A stretch of DNA of 64,000 bases, taken from Felis catus. Its lineage: Eukaryota. The stretch lies in assembly GCF_018350175.1 (NCBI RefSeq), contig NC_058383.1, positions 18,290,001-18,354,000 of the forward strand, written 5' to 3'. Position numbers and translations under genes: made by a program. Numbering within the stretch: position 1 is the first letter of the stretch; each line of letters opens with the position of its first letter. A model generated the notes under the pieces. That model had not been told where the DNA came from. It worked only from the letters and a program-made list of their open reading frames with translations, and made no database searches. This document shows positions 11,766-34,300 of this stretch, one piece after another.

Positions 11766-12585
11766 ACACCACAAATGTCCTGTACTTGTGTGTGATGCAT
11801 ATGCAATTGGACTGGTCAAGTAAGACAGCCCAGGTCACAGAGAGGTCCCCAAAGCCAGCCACCATTTCTGTCCCTGTCCTTCCCATCCTCCCTGCCACAA
11901 TGTCCCTAGCTCTTTTTGAGAGCAAGTCTTCTGGCCCTTCTGGGCCAATACCCACTTCTAACAATGGCCGGATTTCCACTACCTCCGGCCTGGCCGTTTC
12001 CTGCTCTCTTCCAGGGTGTGAGAGGTTGAGGGAGGAGGGGGCCTCGACGCCAAGGGGAACAGGAAGGTGCCTGGAAATATTTGGGGTATGGGACTTGTGG
12101 GACAGGACACTTGGGAATCTGGGGTTCTGGCTAGGAGGTGGGATCTTTTATTCTTGAGGGGAGAAGTAGGGGGGTTGTAGGGAAATGGATCTTACTGAGG
12201 GCTGAGGGGGGTGGTGAGGATGCTTAGCTCTCAGTCTTCCTAGCAGTTTTAGGGACTCCAGGGACCCGGCCCCCGTGCTCTGGTTGCTAGGGCAACTTCA
12301 TTTTTTTGGAGCTTTGATGTTGTTCCTAATCTCCCCCCTGCCCTTCCTCAGCGGTGCCTCCCCCTCATCAGGGAACTAGGGGAGGAGAAGGCAGAAATTT
12401 GAGGGGTCCCTGCCTCTCTCTGAGTGTCTCATCTTCGCTGTAAGGGTCCCCTCNNNNNNNNNNNNNNNNNNNNNNNNNNNNNNNNNNNNNNNNNNNNNNN
12501 NNNNNNNNNNNNNNNNNNNNNNNNNNNNNNNNNNNNNNNNNNNNNNNNNNNNNNNNNNNNNNNNNNNNNNNNNNNNNNNNNNNNN

Positions 12586-22522
<9,937 letters not shown>

Positions 22523-24193
22523 CCGACTAGCTCTTCCCCTGCCCGAATCTTAGAGCATCGAGCACTTTATTTCCCACTACTCAGTGAGGTTTCTCCAGTT
22601 CCAGTCCTCTCCTCCCTTTCACCCCTCCCTCCTTAGTACACTTCCCCACCTCAGCCCAGTCCTCTGGACCTCTAGACAGGCAGCCTCCTCCACCAGGAGT
22701 CCAGAAGTTACACTTTGTGTTCTCCTGACGCTCCTCCCCACCCTAAGTTATTGCTGTTCTCCCACTGTGTGTGTGCTCATCCTCACCCTCATCAACTCAG
22801 GCCTGGGGCCAGGGGTGGCGGTGGGTGGGAAGTCATGTTTTTNNNNNNNNNNNNNNNNNNNNNNNNNNNNNNNNNNNNNNNNNNNNNNNNNNNNNNNNNN
22901 NNNNNNNNNNNNNNNNNNNNNNNNNNNNNNNNNNNNNNNNNNNNNNNNNNNNNNNNNNNNNNNNNNNNNNNNNNNNNNNNNNNNNNNNNNNNNNNNNNNN
23001 NNNNNNNNNNNNNNNNNNNNNNCTTGGCCCCCAGTTCCATGACCTCTTCACCCCCATCTACGTTATCTTAACCCCTTTCACTCCTCAGCCTCATCCTCTC
23101 TGCCTTCATAGCTTCGTTGCACCATGACCACCACCAGCTCAGAGGTCTGGGCCCCTGTTGAGCTTCCACAGAGCTTCTTGGCCCCACAGCTCCCCTGTTG
23201 GTGGGTTCTTTTCCAGAGAGTGTCCTTAGGTTCCGGGGCCTTTTGTCCTTATCACCTGCCTTTTGTCCCAGCCCCTTCCCTATGTGGTTCCCTTCTGGGA
23301 ACTGAATATCTCCCCTGGCATTAATTAGGCTTTACCCTAGAGGGCTTGGGGAAGGGACTGCAAACTACAGTAGGGGGTGGTGAGTTTGGGGGGCCAGGCA
23401 GAGAGTGGGGGCATGGAAATGGGATTGGTTGTGGGCTTGGAGTGGGAGCTGAGTGTCTAAGGGGCTGGGCTGGGACGTGGAGATCTGGTCAGGGTAGCAG
23501 CTGCTGGCCCATTGAACCTGTCAGGCCCTTTCTGGCCACCTCCTTTGCCCCTTTCCCTTACGTGGCCCTAGATGGGGCCACCCCATCTTATCCATTTCTC
23601 AGCTCGGAGCTTATCCTCCTTCCCTCCCTCCCACCCTAAGGTGTTGAACCTGGGACTTTCTCTGTCTTTCCTTAGCTGTGTCGCTCTCTTCCATGGGTGT
23701 GTTATGTGACTTGGTTTTCTCACTCTTGTGCACGTTCTGTATCTGCTCACTTGGTTTCTGTCTCTGGGTTGTATTTCCTCTGTCTTTGCATGGTCAGAGC
23801 TTCTTGTGTGTACTCCGTACCCTAAAGATTCTCAGTTCTCTGTCCACGAATTCTCCTGCTGTTTCTTGTGTTTTCTACCCAACCCTGAACATGCTCTTGG
23901 AACATGCTCTTGTTTACTTGTATCTCTTGCCCATTGAGAATCTTCCTGATCTCTCTTCAGCACAATCCCATCTCTCCATGTCTGTCTGTATACAGCTCCC
24001 CCCGCCCCCTCTGTCTAACATGTTTTCTGTTTCTCTCCCTCTCCCTGTCTCTGCTTCTGTCTCCTCTCCTCCTCTCTCTCTTCTCCCCTTCTCCCCTGGT
24101 TGTTCCTCCTCCTCCTCCTCCTCCTCCTCCTCCTCCTCCTCCTCCTCCTCCTCTCCCTTGCCCCCATCTCCCCTTGGTCCGTCCACTGCATAG

Positions 24194-26179
24194 TCTAAGG
24201 AGCTGCAGATCAAGAAGCAGTTCCAGGAGACGTGTAAGATCCAGACTCGGCAGTACAAGGCCCTGCGGGCACACTTGCTGGAGACCACACCCAAAGCTCA
24301 GCACAAGAGCCTCCTTAAGCGGCTCAAGGAAGAACAGACCCGCAAGCTGGCGATTCTAGCCGAGCAGTATGACCAGTCCATCTCAGAGATGCTCAGCTCG
24401 CAGGCGGTGAGGCCTGGGGTCCAGGGAGGGAGCGTGGTGGAGGCTGGCCTTTGTACTCCCGCCTTGGTTATGGGAAGTTGGAAGTGGGGGGGTGCGGGGA
24501 AAGATGGGGCTTTTGTTCTTGGGGGAAACTCGGATACTCTCCCACTGTTAGTATTCTCCACAATGGTTTTTTTTTTTTTTTATCTCTCTTGAGTATTTTC
24601 TTAAGGTCTTGACAAAGCCAGCCTGACTACTCTACCAAGAACCACCAAGGAAAGAGTGGCTATAATTGTTTCCTGGGCCTGAGTTAGTTTAATGTGTGAA
24701 CAGGGAGCAAATCAAAATGATCGTGGCCCTTAGGCCGATTTACCCAGACTTCTGAGGATTTTGAAGATTGCTGTTCTAAAAGTGATCACACAACAACACT
24801 GGAATGGGCCAGTTAAAAAATACCCATAGCGTAAAAAGTGACAGTGCCCCTATTCATTGCCATTCTCTCACCCAATCCCATTCTCTGACCCAATCTCAGT
24901 TAACTGTTAATAATTGTATTTTAGGTTTTTTCCCTATGCATATTTGAAAGATTACACAAAATTATAAACAAAAGTAAGATTGTGTTGTACATACTGCTCT
25001 CTTCTTTTTCCACCTAGTATTTCTTGGACATTTTTCCATGTCAGTACACCTATCTCATTTTTTAAACAGTGTAGAATTTTCCATGGTATGGACGTACCAT
25101 AATTTATTTAACCCATCCCTTATTGGTGGACATTTAGGTGGTTTCCAGTATTTTGCTATCACAACGCTTCAGTGAACACCTTCGAGCACATGTGCAAGTA
25201 TACCTGGGGGATAAATTCCTGGAAGTGTAATTGCTGTGTCACAGGGTATGGCGACCTTTCATTTTGATAGATGTTGAGACTGGCTGCTTCTTGAAACCTT
25301 AGGGCCCAGGCCTACCTGGGGCAGGGGAGGATTGCGGGGGTGGGGGAGGAGGCCCCTAAAATTAGTTCTCCCTGTTTGCCAGCTACGGCTTGATGAGACC
25401 CAGGAGGCAGAATTCCAGGCCCTTCGGCAGCAGCTGCAGCAGGAGCTGGAGCTGCTAAACGCCTACCAGAGCAAGATCAAGATCCGTACCGAGAGCCAGC
25501 ATGAGCGGGAGCTGCGGGAGCTGGAGCAGAGGGTGGCTCTGAGGCGGGCGCTCCTGGAGCAGCGGGTAAGGGGGCTCCGGCACCAAGAGGCGCTGGGGAG
25601 GGCAGGCTCCCCACCTCCTGCCCCCGGATGCGCTAACCTCTTTTCTGGGTGTCCCAGGTGGAAGAGGAGCTGCTGGCCTTGCAGACAGGGCGCTCCGAGC
25701 GAATCCGGAGTTTGCTCGAGCGGCAGGCCCGTGAGATCGAGGCTTTCGATGCTGAGAGCATGAGGCTGGGCTTCTCCAGTATGGCTCTGGGGGGCATCCC
25801 AGCCGAGGCTGCTGCACAGGGCTATCCTGCTCCACCTCCTGCCCCTGCCTGGCCCTCCCGTCCTGTTCCCCGATCAGGGGCACACTGGAGCCATGGCCCT
25901 CCTCCACCGGGCATGCCCCCCCCAGCCTGGCGTCAGCCCTCTCTGCTGGCTCCTCCGGGTCCCCCAAACTGGCTGGGGCCCCCCACACAGAGTGGGACAC
26001 CTCGTGGTGGAGCCCTGCTGCTGCTAAGAAACAGCCCTCAGCCCCTGCGGCGGGCAGCCTCAGGGGGCAGTGGCAGCGACAACGTGGGCCCACCTGCTGC
26101 TGCAGTGCCTGGGCCTCTGAGCCGTAGCACCAGTGTCGCTTCCCACATCCTCAATGGTTCCTCCCACTTCTATTCCTGA
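24194..26179 (+). CDS. TAOK2: TAOK2 beta-isoform-specific terminal exons
   Basis: Exons 24194-24406 ([24 protein letters not shown]...SQA), 25383-25565 ([12 protein letters not shown]...EQR) and 25658-26179 (VEEELLALQ...NGSSHFYS*). Spliced from an internal donor of exon 16 predicted at ~21040, inside a gap. Confidence 0.95.
24830..25270 (-). mobile_element. Old L1 (L1ME-like) fragment
   Basis: taccataatttatttaacccatcccttattggtggacatttaggtggtttccag...ggataaattcctggaagtgtaattgctg. Confidence 0.7.
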
Positions 26180-26906
26180 AGTGCAGGGTGGATGAGCAGA
26201 TGAATGGGGCAGGGGCAGGGGCAGGGGTGGGTGGAGCCGGTTCCTGGAGGGCTGTAAGCTTGAGGTCCATCCACAGGTGGGGGACAGGATGTTGGCTCCA
26301 GCTCCCCTTAGACCTCCTCATCTCATGAGCTTCTTGGGCTGGCCAGTGGCCCAGGGCCAGCTTGGGCCTCGGTGCCTCAAGGCTGACCAGGAGCCCTTGC
26401 CTCCCCACCATGGTGCCAGGGTCTCTCTCCATCACAGCCTTGGGAAAGGAGGGAGATGTGCGTGTCAAATATTCATCTGGTCCCCTGGGGGAGGGGAAGG
26501 GTGGGTCTAGATATATTATATTCAGAGAACTATACTACCCCCTGTAATGGGGCCATGGACTGGGGATGCCAGGCCCCCCAGACCTGAGGTGTGGCAGAGC
26601 AGGTCTGGGTGGGGAGAACAGAAGGAAAAGGCCTTCCTAGGAAAGGATCAGGATGTTGTCTTGGGGTCAGGATGCCTGGTCTCTCCATTCCCCCGTTGCT
26701 GTCTGACGTCCTGTGCCGTTTTGTCCTTTATCTTTTTTCTTTTTCTTTTTTTTCTTTTTTTTTTTTTTTTTTTTTTTTAATTGAGATCAGAGCTGGGGCA
26801 GGGGAACAAGGGAAGGACCTTGGAAGGGGCTGCTTCCAGACCTGGGGGCAGTCGTGGGAACCCCTCCCAGCTATGGGGTTGGCACAGAGCCCCACAGCAA
26901 GCTTTT

Positions 26907-26912
26907 AATAAA
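26907..26912 (+). terminator. TAOK2: TAOK2-beta polyadenylation signal
   Basis: AATAAA ~730 nt after the beta stop codon, followed by GT-rich sequence. Confidence 0.8.
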
Positions 26913-27704
26913 CTGTTGGTTATTCTAACAGACCCCGGGACTCACCCTTTCTGTCTAAAGTATGTATTAAGGACTGTTCGTGGGAGGTGATAGTGTCATT
27001 TGTATTTAAAAAGAGAATTTATTGGGATGTGTAACTAAAAATTTCAGTGATTTTAATGACTTCGGGTAAGACTGGATCCACAACTTTAAAGGAGGTCATC
27101 CATCTCCTGACTTCTGCTTCCCTTTGTTTTGACTTCAAAGATTTCAAAAGGTTCACTTCACACCAGGCTCCTGGCAGCTCCAAGCCTGTATCTTCATAGC
27201 AATCTCAACAGCAAGAATGCCAGCAAAGTCCTAAAGTGACTTCATTGGCTCAGTCTGTAGCCAGAGGCCTGGGGTACTCCTGACCAGGTCTACACCCTGT
27301 ACCCACCCCTTAAAGGCTAAAAGAATTGGCTCAGGGACTAAATGGCTGTTTCCAGGGGGAAAAGGAAGACGTATACACCAGCTGTCCCCAAGTTCTATCA
27401 TTATGTTCCTCACATTCTTCTTAAGGCCAGTTACTCAGACCTTCCTCCCAACTAGGCATTAGGTTATGATAGCTAAAAGCGTGATGATAACGAGGGCCCT
27501 GCTGGTCAGGCTGGAGGAAGAAGGGTAGGAGCCACCCTCTTCTCTGATAGAGCCTGGTGGCAGATTGGATGGCAGGGTCTGGAGGCTGGGACTTCCTTTG
27601 GAGAACCTGAGGGAAATGAAAGGGAATGGGGTGGGGTAGGGAGGCAATGGCTACTCACCTTCCTGGCCCACGGTATAGGGGTAAGAGAGGGGACCGGTTT
27701 TTTG

Positions 27705-27933
27705 TTTCACTAGTTTTTAAGTTTATTTATTCATTTTGAGAGAAAGAATCTAAAGCAGGCTTTGTTCTGTCAGCACAGAGCCCTACATGGGGCTCAATCC
27801 CATGAATCATGAGATCATGACCTGAGCCCAAACCGAGAGTTAGTCACTTAATCTTATTTAAGTAATCTCTACACTTCGAACTCAATGACCCCGAGATCAA
27901 GAGTTGCTCCTCCCAACTAAGCCAGGCACCCCC
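27705..27933 (-). mobile_element. Composite Can-SINE downstream of the HIRIP3 proximal polyA site
   Basis: Two SINE bodies in tandem; flanking GGGGACC(G/A)GTTTT duplication. Confidence 0.75.
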
Positions 27934-27974
27934 CGAGTGGGGACCAGTTTTGACCAAGCGATTCAAACAACTCC

Positions 27975-27980
27975 TTTATT
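27975..27980 (-). terminator. HIRIP3: HIRIP3 proximal polyA signal
   Basis: TTTATT on + (AATAAA on -) ~200 nt past the stop codon. Confidence 0.7.
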
Positions 27981-28180
27981 GAGTCTTAAAAAATAATCCC
28001 TGTAAACACCTTAAACTGAGAACGTGAAGCTGAGAAGTAGGATCCCAACAATTTGTGTCCTTGAAGAAAGTCCTCTGAAGAAAGCGGCTTCTGCTCTGCA
28101 GGCACAGATTGGAGCGGGGGGTTGGCGGGCGGCATATCTGCTTTCTGCAAGTGGAAAGCCTCCTGGGGAAGGTGAGGAGC

Positions 28181-30619
28181 TCAGTTACTCTCCCCATCAC
28201 TGCTGATGATGCCACGCATATGTGACCAATCTGGGGGTGGGGGGCGGGGCTGTTCATCCTCTGAGCCCAAAGTCCGGCGGTATAGCTCCCCTGGGGGATC
28301 TGCTTCTCCTGAAGGGTTCCAGGCTGTGCGTCTCCGTGGCCGACCTAGATTGGGGGGCAGGGAAAGCAGGAGATCAGTTGTCTGAGAAAACCCTAGCCCC
28401 ACCTCTTGGGGAGTGGGAGGAAATCCCTCACCTGAACCACTGATGATGTTGGTAATGTCCAAGGAGGCTACCTCAGCCGCCTCCTCCCGCTGCTCCTTCA
28501 GGGCCCGACACTTCTCTAAGGAAGGATTGCCTGGGGCAGAAGAGGCTCATGATCCTCTCTTCCCCAGCAGCCAAGGCCCTCTCCCACAGCCTCCAGGGCA
28601 CACCCGGCCTCACCCTTCATGCCCAGGGCTTCCAGCTCTGCCCGGAGGACACTGAGGCGCTCCTTGTGTGAGCGGCAGGGGCCCAGAAGCTTCTTGTAGT
28701 TTCGATGGGCACCACAGGCCCGAATGTAGCGCTTTAGCCTCATCACGGCTGGGTGGTCCTCACCACGGCGACCGGAGCCAGCCTGGCAAGGAAAAACAGC
28801 AGCTGAAGGCCAAACCTTCAGAGTTTGAGACGAGGTCTCCGTCTTCCCTAAAGGTGGCCTCCCAGCCCATCTTCACCCTCACCTTCCTGCCTTTGGACTG
28901 CGGACTGCCATCTGTGGAAGAGGAGGAGGAGCTTCGTGCCCGGCCTTTCCTGGAGCTTTTCTTGGAAGAGCGGTTCCCCCTCTCCCCCTTCGGGCTATCC
29001 TCTGCCTCACTGTCACTCACCTCCCTCTCTGAGTCACTCGCCTCACCACTGATACCGCCCGCTTTGGCTGTCTTTCCAGCACCTTCAGCAGTTGGTTTCA
29101 CCTTTCTCCAACTGTCTTCCCCATCCTCGCTGCTTCCACTCTGCCTTTTCCCACCTTTCTGCGGGGTCCCGTCCTTGCTCTTTCTCTGCACCAGGGGCTC
29201 TTCATCTCCCCCGCTGTTATCCCCACTGCCTGCTGCTGCTTTTTCCTCCTCTTCCTCTGTTTCCCCCAAGTCTCCTAGTAGCCTGGCTGCCCTGCTTTTC
29301 TGCTCGCAGCTCCTCTCCTCCCAAGCTGACTTTTTCCCTCCACTGCCCCGGGCTCCAGCTTTCCAATCCTTTTCCTCTTTCTCTCTGTTCTCTTTCTTCT
29401 TGGCTATGGTGTCTTCCTCCTCACTGTCCTTTGCACTTTCCTGGTGGCTTTCAGCACCTTTCTTTCCCTCCGCCTTCTTTCTTGTCCTCTGGGCAGGTTC
29501 CTCCTCACTGTCCTCACTCTCTTCCCTGGCCTGCTTCCTACTGGCCGAGGTTTTGCCCGGTGCCTGCTTATTCTTTGTCACAGGTTTCTTCCCAATCCTG
29601 CCTCTGGACTCCTCCTCGTCCCCTTCCTCATCTTCCTCACTGCTCTCTTCCTTTGAGACCTTACTTGTTCTGGCGGAGCCCTCTTCCTCCTCCCCACTGC
29701 TCTCCTTCACCTCCCTCTCTAATCCAGTCTTTGCAGCCAGGTCCCTCTGCTGTTCCTCATCACTGCTCTCCTCAACTGCTTTCCTTGAGGCTCGCTTTGG
29801 ACTCTCCTCCTCTGCTGAACTGACTTCTGCTGCCATCCCATTCTTTGCTGAGAGGCCAAAACAGTCTGGACTGGAGGCTGCAGAGCTGGGCTCTGGAATA
29901 TGGAGAGAAAAGAAGGTTGGGATGGGTTCCTCCTGTCCCTTCTCCCTCCACTTGGGATTGGTTACCTCTGACAGATGGAGGGAAGGGCAACAGAAAACAC
30001 AGCTATCAATCGGTCCACCCTATTTCTGGTTCCTGACTCACTGGCCTCGTACCCTCATCTAATGCTTTGGGATATAATGCATGCACGATACTTTTTGAAT
30101 GAACCAACTATACAAAAGTCACTAACCTGACTCCGAATCGAAACGGAACCTTTTTCTCCCAGGGCCACTGCTGGGGGTGGGAGGCCTCTTAGCCTTCTTG
30201 GCAAGATCTGGCCTCTCTTCCCTGGCACCTGCTTCATCCACCTGCGTGGGCGCAAGAGGTCAAAACGTGTAGGAAGGTTGTGTTCCCTACGCCATCCCAG
30301 GCCCCTCCTCCTCAGCAACAAACCCCGCCTCCCGCGGCCCAGGCTCGCGCCCACACCTGCACTTTCAGCAGCTCCTTCTCCACCAGCCGCTTTAGTGCTT
30401 GCTTCTCGTCGGGTTCCAGGTGGTCGCGGCCCGCGTGAGCCAAGAACCTCCGCCGCACTATGGAGTGCGTGAGCGTGCTGCGGAGACATGTGTCAAGACG
30501 GAGTCCCCGTCCCGCCCCTGCCCTTTCCAACCCCAATTCCAGTCTCTAGTGCACCTGAGGTCCGGGCGGCCTCGGAAGAAGCTACGGATGAACTCCTGCA
30601 TCTCGTTCTCCCGCGCCAT
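28181..30619 (-). CDS. HIRIP3: HIRA-interacting protein 3 (histone chaperone), ~580 aa
   Basis: Exons 30619-30555, 30477-30357, 30241-30127, 29892-28883, 28782-28614, 28530-28432, 28344-28181 (1743 nt, in frame). Begins MARENEMQEFIRSFFRGRPDLSTLTHSIVRRRFL, has an acidic/basic middle and ends with the CHZ-like region ...LDITNIISGSGRPRRRTAWNP...GIISSDGESN*. Confidence 0.95.
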
Positions 30620-31318
30620 TTTGCTCCACCTGGGATTGGTGGCTCCCGCCTTTTTTTCTTCTCGGCCTCCGTCACCGCGTTTGACAGGAGCTTGCGCACT
30701 CGGGAGGGTCGTGACGCGGTGAGGGGAGGGACGGTTGGGGGTCGGTGGCGGGTCGCTTGGACCGAGAACTTTGCCAGACAAAACTTGTTTTCCTCGGGTA
30801 GTTGGAGGGTCTCGCGGCTCCTTTTCTTAGGACCAATCGTTTTTTCAAGTTCTCGTTAGAAACCGACTGGGCGCCCGCAACCTTTGGGTGTAACGTAATC
30901 AACCTGCGACACTGCCTCCTCTCGTGGTCACAGGCCCTAGCTAGGCGACTGTGATTTCGAAAGACAGGTGGAAAAGGATATCCTCGCCTGAAAACTAAGA
31001 ATCCCTGGAGGCAAGTCTTGCGGCTTCTGATTGCTAAGCACATCTGGAATCAGTAAACGTGCCTCCGTCGTCCGCCATCTTTATGACCTCATCGCGTCGC
31101 TGCGACGCCATCTTCAGCGTAGTCCCTGGAAGCAACGTTCCCTAAGAGGGTAGCCCCTGTGGTTAAGATCCCTGGGCGCAGGGTACGCCGGGAGTTGTAG
31201 TCCCAGCGGACACAGCCTTGCGGAGTCTCCGGAAGTGGAGGCGTGAGAAGCCGGGCTGAGCAGGCTCCGGGTAGCGGGACGCCCGACTACTGCTGGGGCG
31301 CTGCTCCCGGGGCAGGTC
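30620..31318. promoter_or_regulatory. HIRIP3/INO80E bidirectional CpG-island promoter
   Basis: Divergent ATGs 700 bp apart. YY1 motifs CGCCATCTT (~31073, ~31106); ZNF143/THAP11-type GGGAGTTGTAGTCCC at 31190-31204; ETS CCGGAAGTG at 31229-31237. Confidence 0.85.
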
Positions 31319-34300
31319 ATGAACGGGCCGGCGGACGGCGAAGTGGACTACAAGAAGAAGTACCGGAACCTGAAGCGGAAGCTCAAGTTCCTCATCTACG
31401 TGAGTGCTGGCGTGAGAGGTTGTGGGGGGTGAGGCCTGGAGTCTGTAGGACCTCAGTTTACCCACGTGTAAAGGGGAGTGGAGTGAGCTGTCCCCAGGTC
31501 CCGGGCGTCTTTACGGGTGGCCGTTGGCTCAGCGCCCCACCTTGCCTGTGATACAGGAACACGAGTGCTTCCAGGAGGAACTGAGGAAGGCGCAGAGGAA
31601 GTTGCTGAAGGTGTCCCGGGATAAGAGGTGGGACACGGTGGGGGTGGGGGAGTGGGGGGAAGGGGAATGCCTGCGGGTGATATGGCTCCTGTGGATCTAC
31701 ATTCGGACCCTGTCCTTGGAATTAGGCCACAGATGCATGGCGCCTTCCTTGGGGCTGTTGCAAGGATCCAACGGGCCGGCTGGACGGGACAGGGTTCCGG
31801 GAGAATGTTACTGAGATGGCAACAAACACTCTTGTTCTCCCCGCCTCTTCCCTTAGTTTCCTCCTAGACCGACTTCTGCAGTACGAGAACGTGGATGAAG
31901 ATTCTTCTGGTGAGCAAGGTCATGAAAAATTGTTGGAGGACATGGCTCCTGGCACTTCAGCAAGCCTCCTGGGCCCCTCCTTTTAGGCTGCGGAGGCTGG
32001 TAAAAACCTCCGGTGGTTCTTAAATCTATCGGTTATCCTTCACTCAAGCATTTATTGCTTTGCACAGGGGATACAGTGGAATTCGCATTCTGGTTGAGGG
32101 TGATAGGAAAGCGAAGCAGCTAGGGTCTCAGATGTGAAAGGAATAAAATCAGGGTTGTATGGTAGTGATTGGAGCAGAGCAGGGGTTGATAAGCTTTTTC
32201 TGTAAAGGACCAGGTAATAAATAGTTCACGTTTTGCAGAGCTGTTGCAGCTACCCAGTTCTGCTGTGGTGGTGCAAAAGTAGCCAGAGGTGATCTGTAAA
32301 TAAATGAGCTTGGATGTGTTTCAATAAAACTGTATTTATGGACACTGAAATTTGAATTTCATGTAATTTTCACATGTCATAAATAGCATTTTTTTTAATC
32401 CCTGCCCCCAACCATTTGAAAATGTAAAAGCCATTCTTAGTTTGCAGACCGTGTAAAAGCAGGTGACAGGGAGCGTCAACAGTGCTCAAGAAAAGCCTTT
32501 TTCAGGAAGTAATATTTGAGCTGAGACCGAGATAAGAAGCAGAAATCAATCTTGGAAAGATAGAAGGGAGAGATTTTTAGGTGGAAGAAATGACAAAGGC
32601 AGAGGGAAGAACGGACCAGGCTGTCTGGAGAGCAGCAGGGCTGAAGCATGTAGTGTTTCCAGACTTTGTTTTGAGCGTGGGACTCATTACATCAGACCAG
32701 GTCCCCCCGTGCATACTTACTTATAAAACAATTTAATGAAAAAACAACGTTAAGATCATTGTATACAATTTGTTNNNNNNNNNNNNNNNNNNNNNNNNNN
32801 NNNNNNNNNNNNNNNNNNNNNNNNNNNNNNNNNNNNNNNNNNNNNNNNNNNNNNNNNNNNNNNNNNNNNNNNNNNNNNNNNNNNNNNNNNNNNNNNNNNN
32901 NNNNNNNNNNNNNNNNCAAACCAATCAATTGACTTGATGACCCCACTAATGGATTGAGACCCACAGTTTGAAAAAGTACAAAGGTGGGCGTTTGTGGTCC
33001 CGTTCCAGGGTCCGGTCCATGTAACTCATTTGAAATACGGTCACCTCTTCCCCATGGTGCCTTTAAACACTGGTCTGGAGCAGGGGTGGGCAAGCAACAG
33101 TCAACGAGGCTGTTTGCTTTTGTAAGTAACGTTTTATTGGAACACACGACGCCCATTTGTTTATGTATGATAAGATGGCAGATGATGCGTGAGATCAGAG
33201 AAACAGGCAGGAGCCAGCTCGTGTAGGTCAAGGCAAAACGTTTGGCTTTTTATTGTTTCTCATTGTCTATCTACTCCTTTCCTGAGATCTTCCAGTTAGT
33301 TTGCTGTTTGAGGGGGGACTTCGGGACAGGAGCTATGAGAAAACCAGCAAGTTCACGGTCACAGTGGAGTGAATCTGAGGGGTGACAGCCACAGCTGTCA
33401 GCCACCACTCCTATCCGGGAAAAGCCCACAGTCTGGTCAGGGAGACACCCACACACGACACATCTTAGCACAGTGTGAGGAAAACCATGACAAGTGAGAG
33501 TAGCGAGTTGTGGGAGAGCCCGCAATTAACTGAGCCTGAAGGATTCCAGAAGGATTCTTCCCAGAGAGGTAGCATTTAATCCGCTTCCTAAAGGATCTCT
33601 CTGAGCAGGGAAATTGGGAACAGCATATGATCACGGGTCTCGGGTTTTTTTGTTTCTTAAGTTTATTTCGTGTGAGAGGTGGGGAGGGGCGGAGAGAGAA
33701 CCCCAAGCAGGTTCCACACTGTTAGCGCAGAGCCCAATGTGGGGGCTCGAACTCACAGACTGTGAGATCATGACCCAAGCTGAAGTTGTCTGCCTAACCA
33801 ACTGAGCCACACAGGTGCCCCTGTCAGTTATTTGGAAATGAACCGTGGGCCTTCGAGGTGAAGTACAGAACCGAGAGATGAATTTCTTTTTGAAAACATA
33901 GGTGGGCATGATATGGATAGTACAGTTTGGTTGGGAGACCAGAAAGGTAGGTTGAGACCAGATTAAGAAGCACTCCGAGTGCTTGCAGGCAGTGGGGAAC
34001 GTCACCAGGAAGGCCGTGATCGACTTTACCTTTAGATCATTCTGGAATTGAAGTACTCAGTGGGTGGAGGGAGAGGTGAGATTGCTTAGAGGTGATTTTG
34101 ATGGTGGCCCCACCTAATAAAGGCCAGTGGTCTAAAGTGGTCAAGGAGTCAGAGATGTGGGTTCAAGTCCCAGCTCTACACTTTGCTCTCTGAGCCACAG
34201 TGGCCTCCTATGGAAAATGGATGTGATGCCCTCAACTTCCTCCTTGGTTGGTTATGAAGACAGGGAGTAACAGTGACCCAGAACACTCTTTCAGAGCCTG

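Noticed and set aside
23678-24359. Poly-S, poly-P, poly-E and poly-G ORFs
   Set aside because: Translations of the (TCC)n/pyrimidine tract upstream of the TAOK2-beta acceptor.
28668-30062. 464-aa + strand ORF (Ser/Leu/Phe-rich)
   Set aside because: Antisense shadow of the purine-rich HIRIP3 exon 4; GTG start and low-complexity product.
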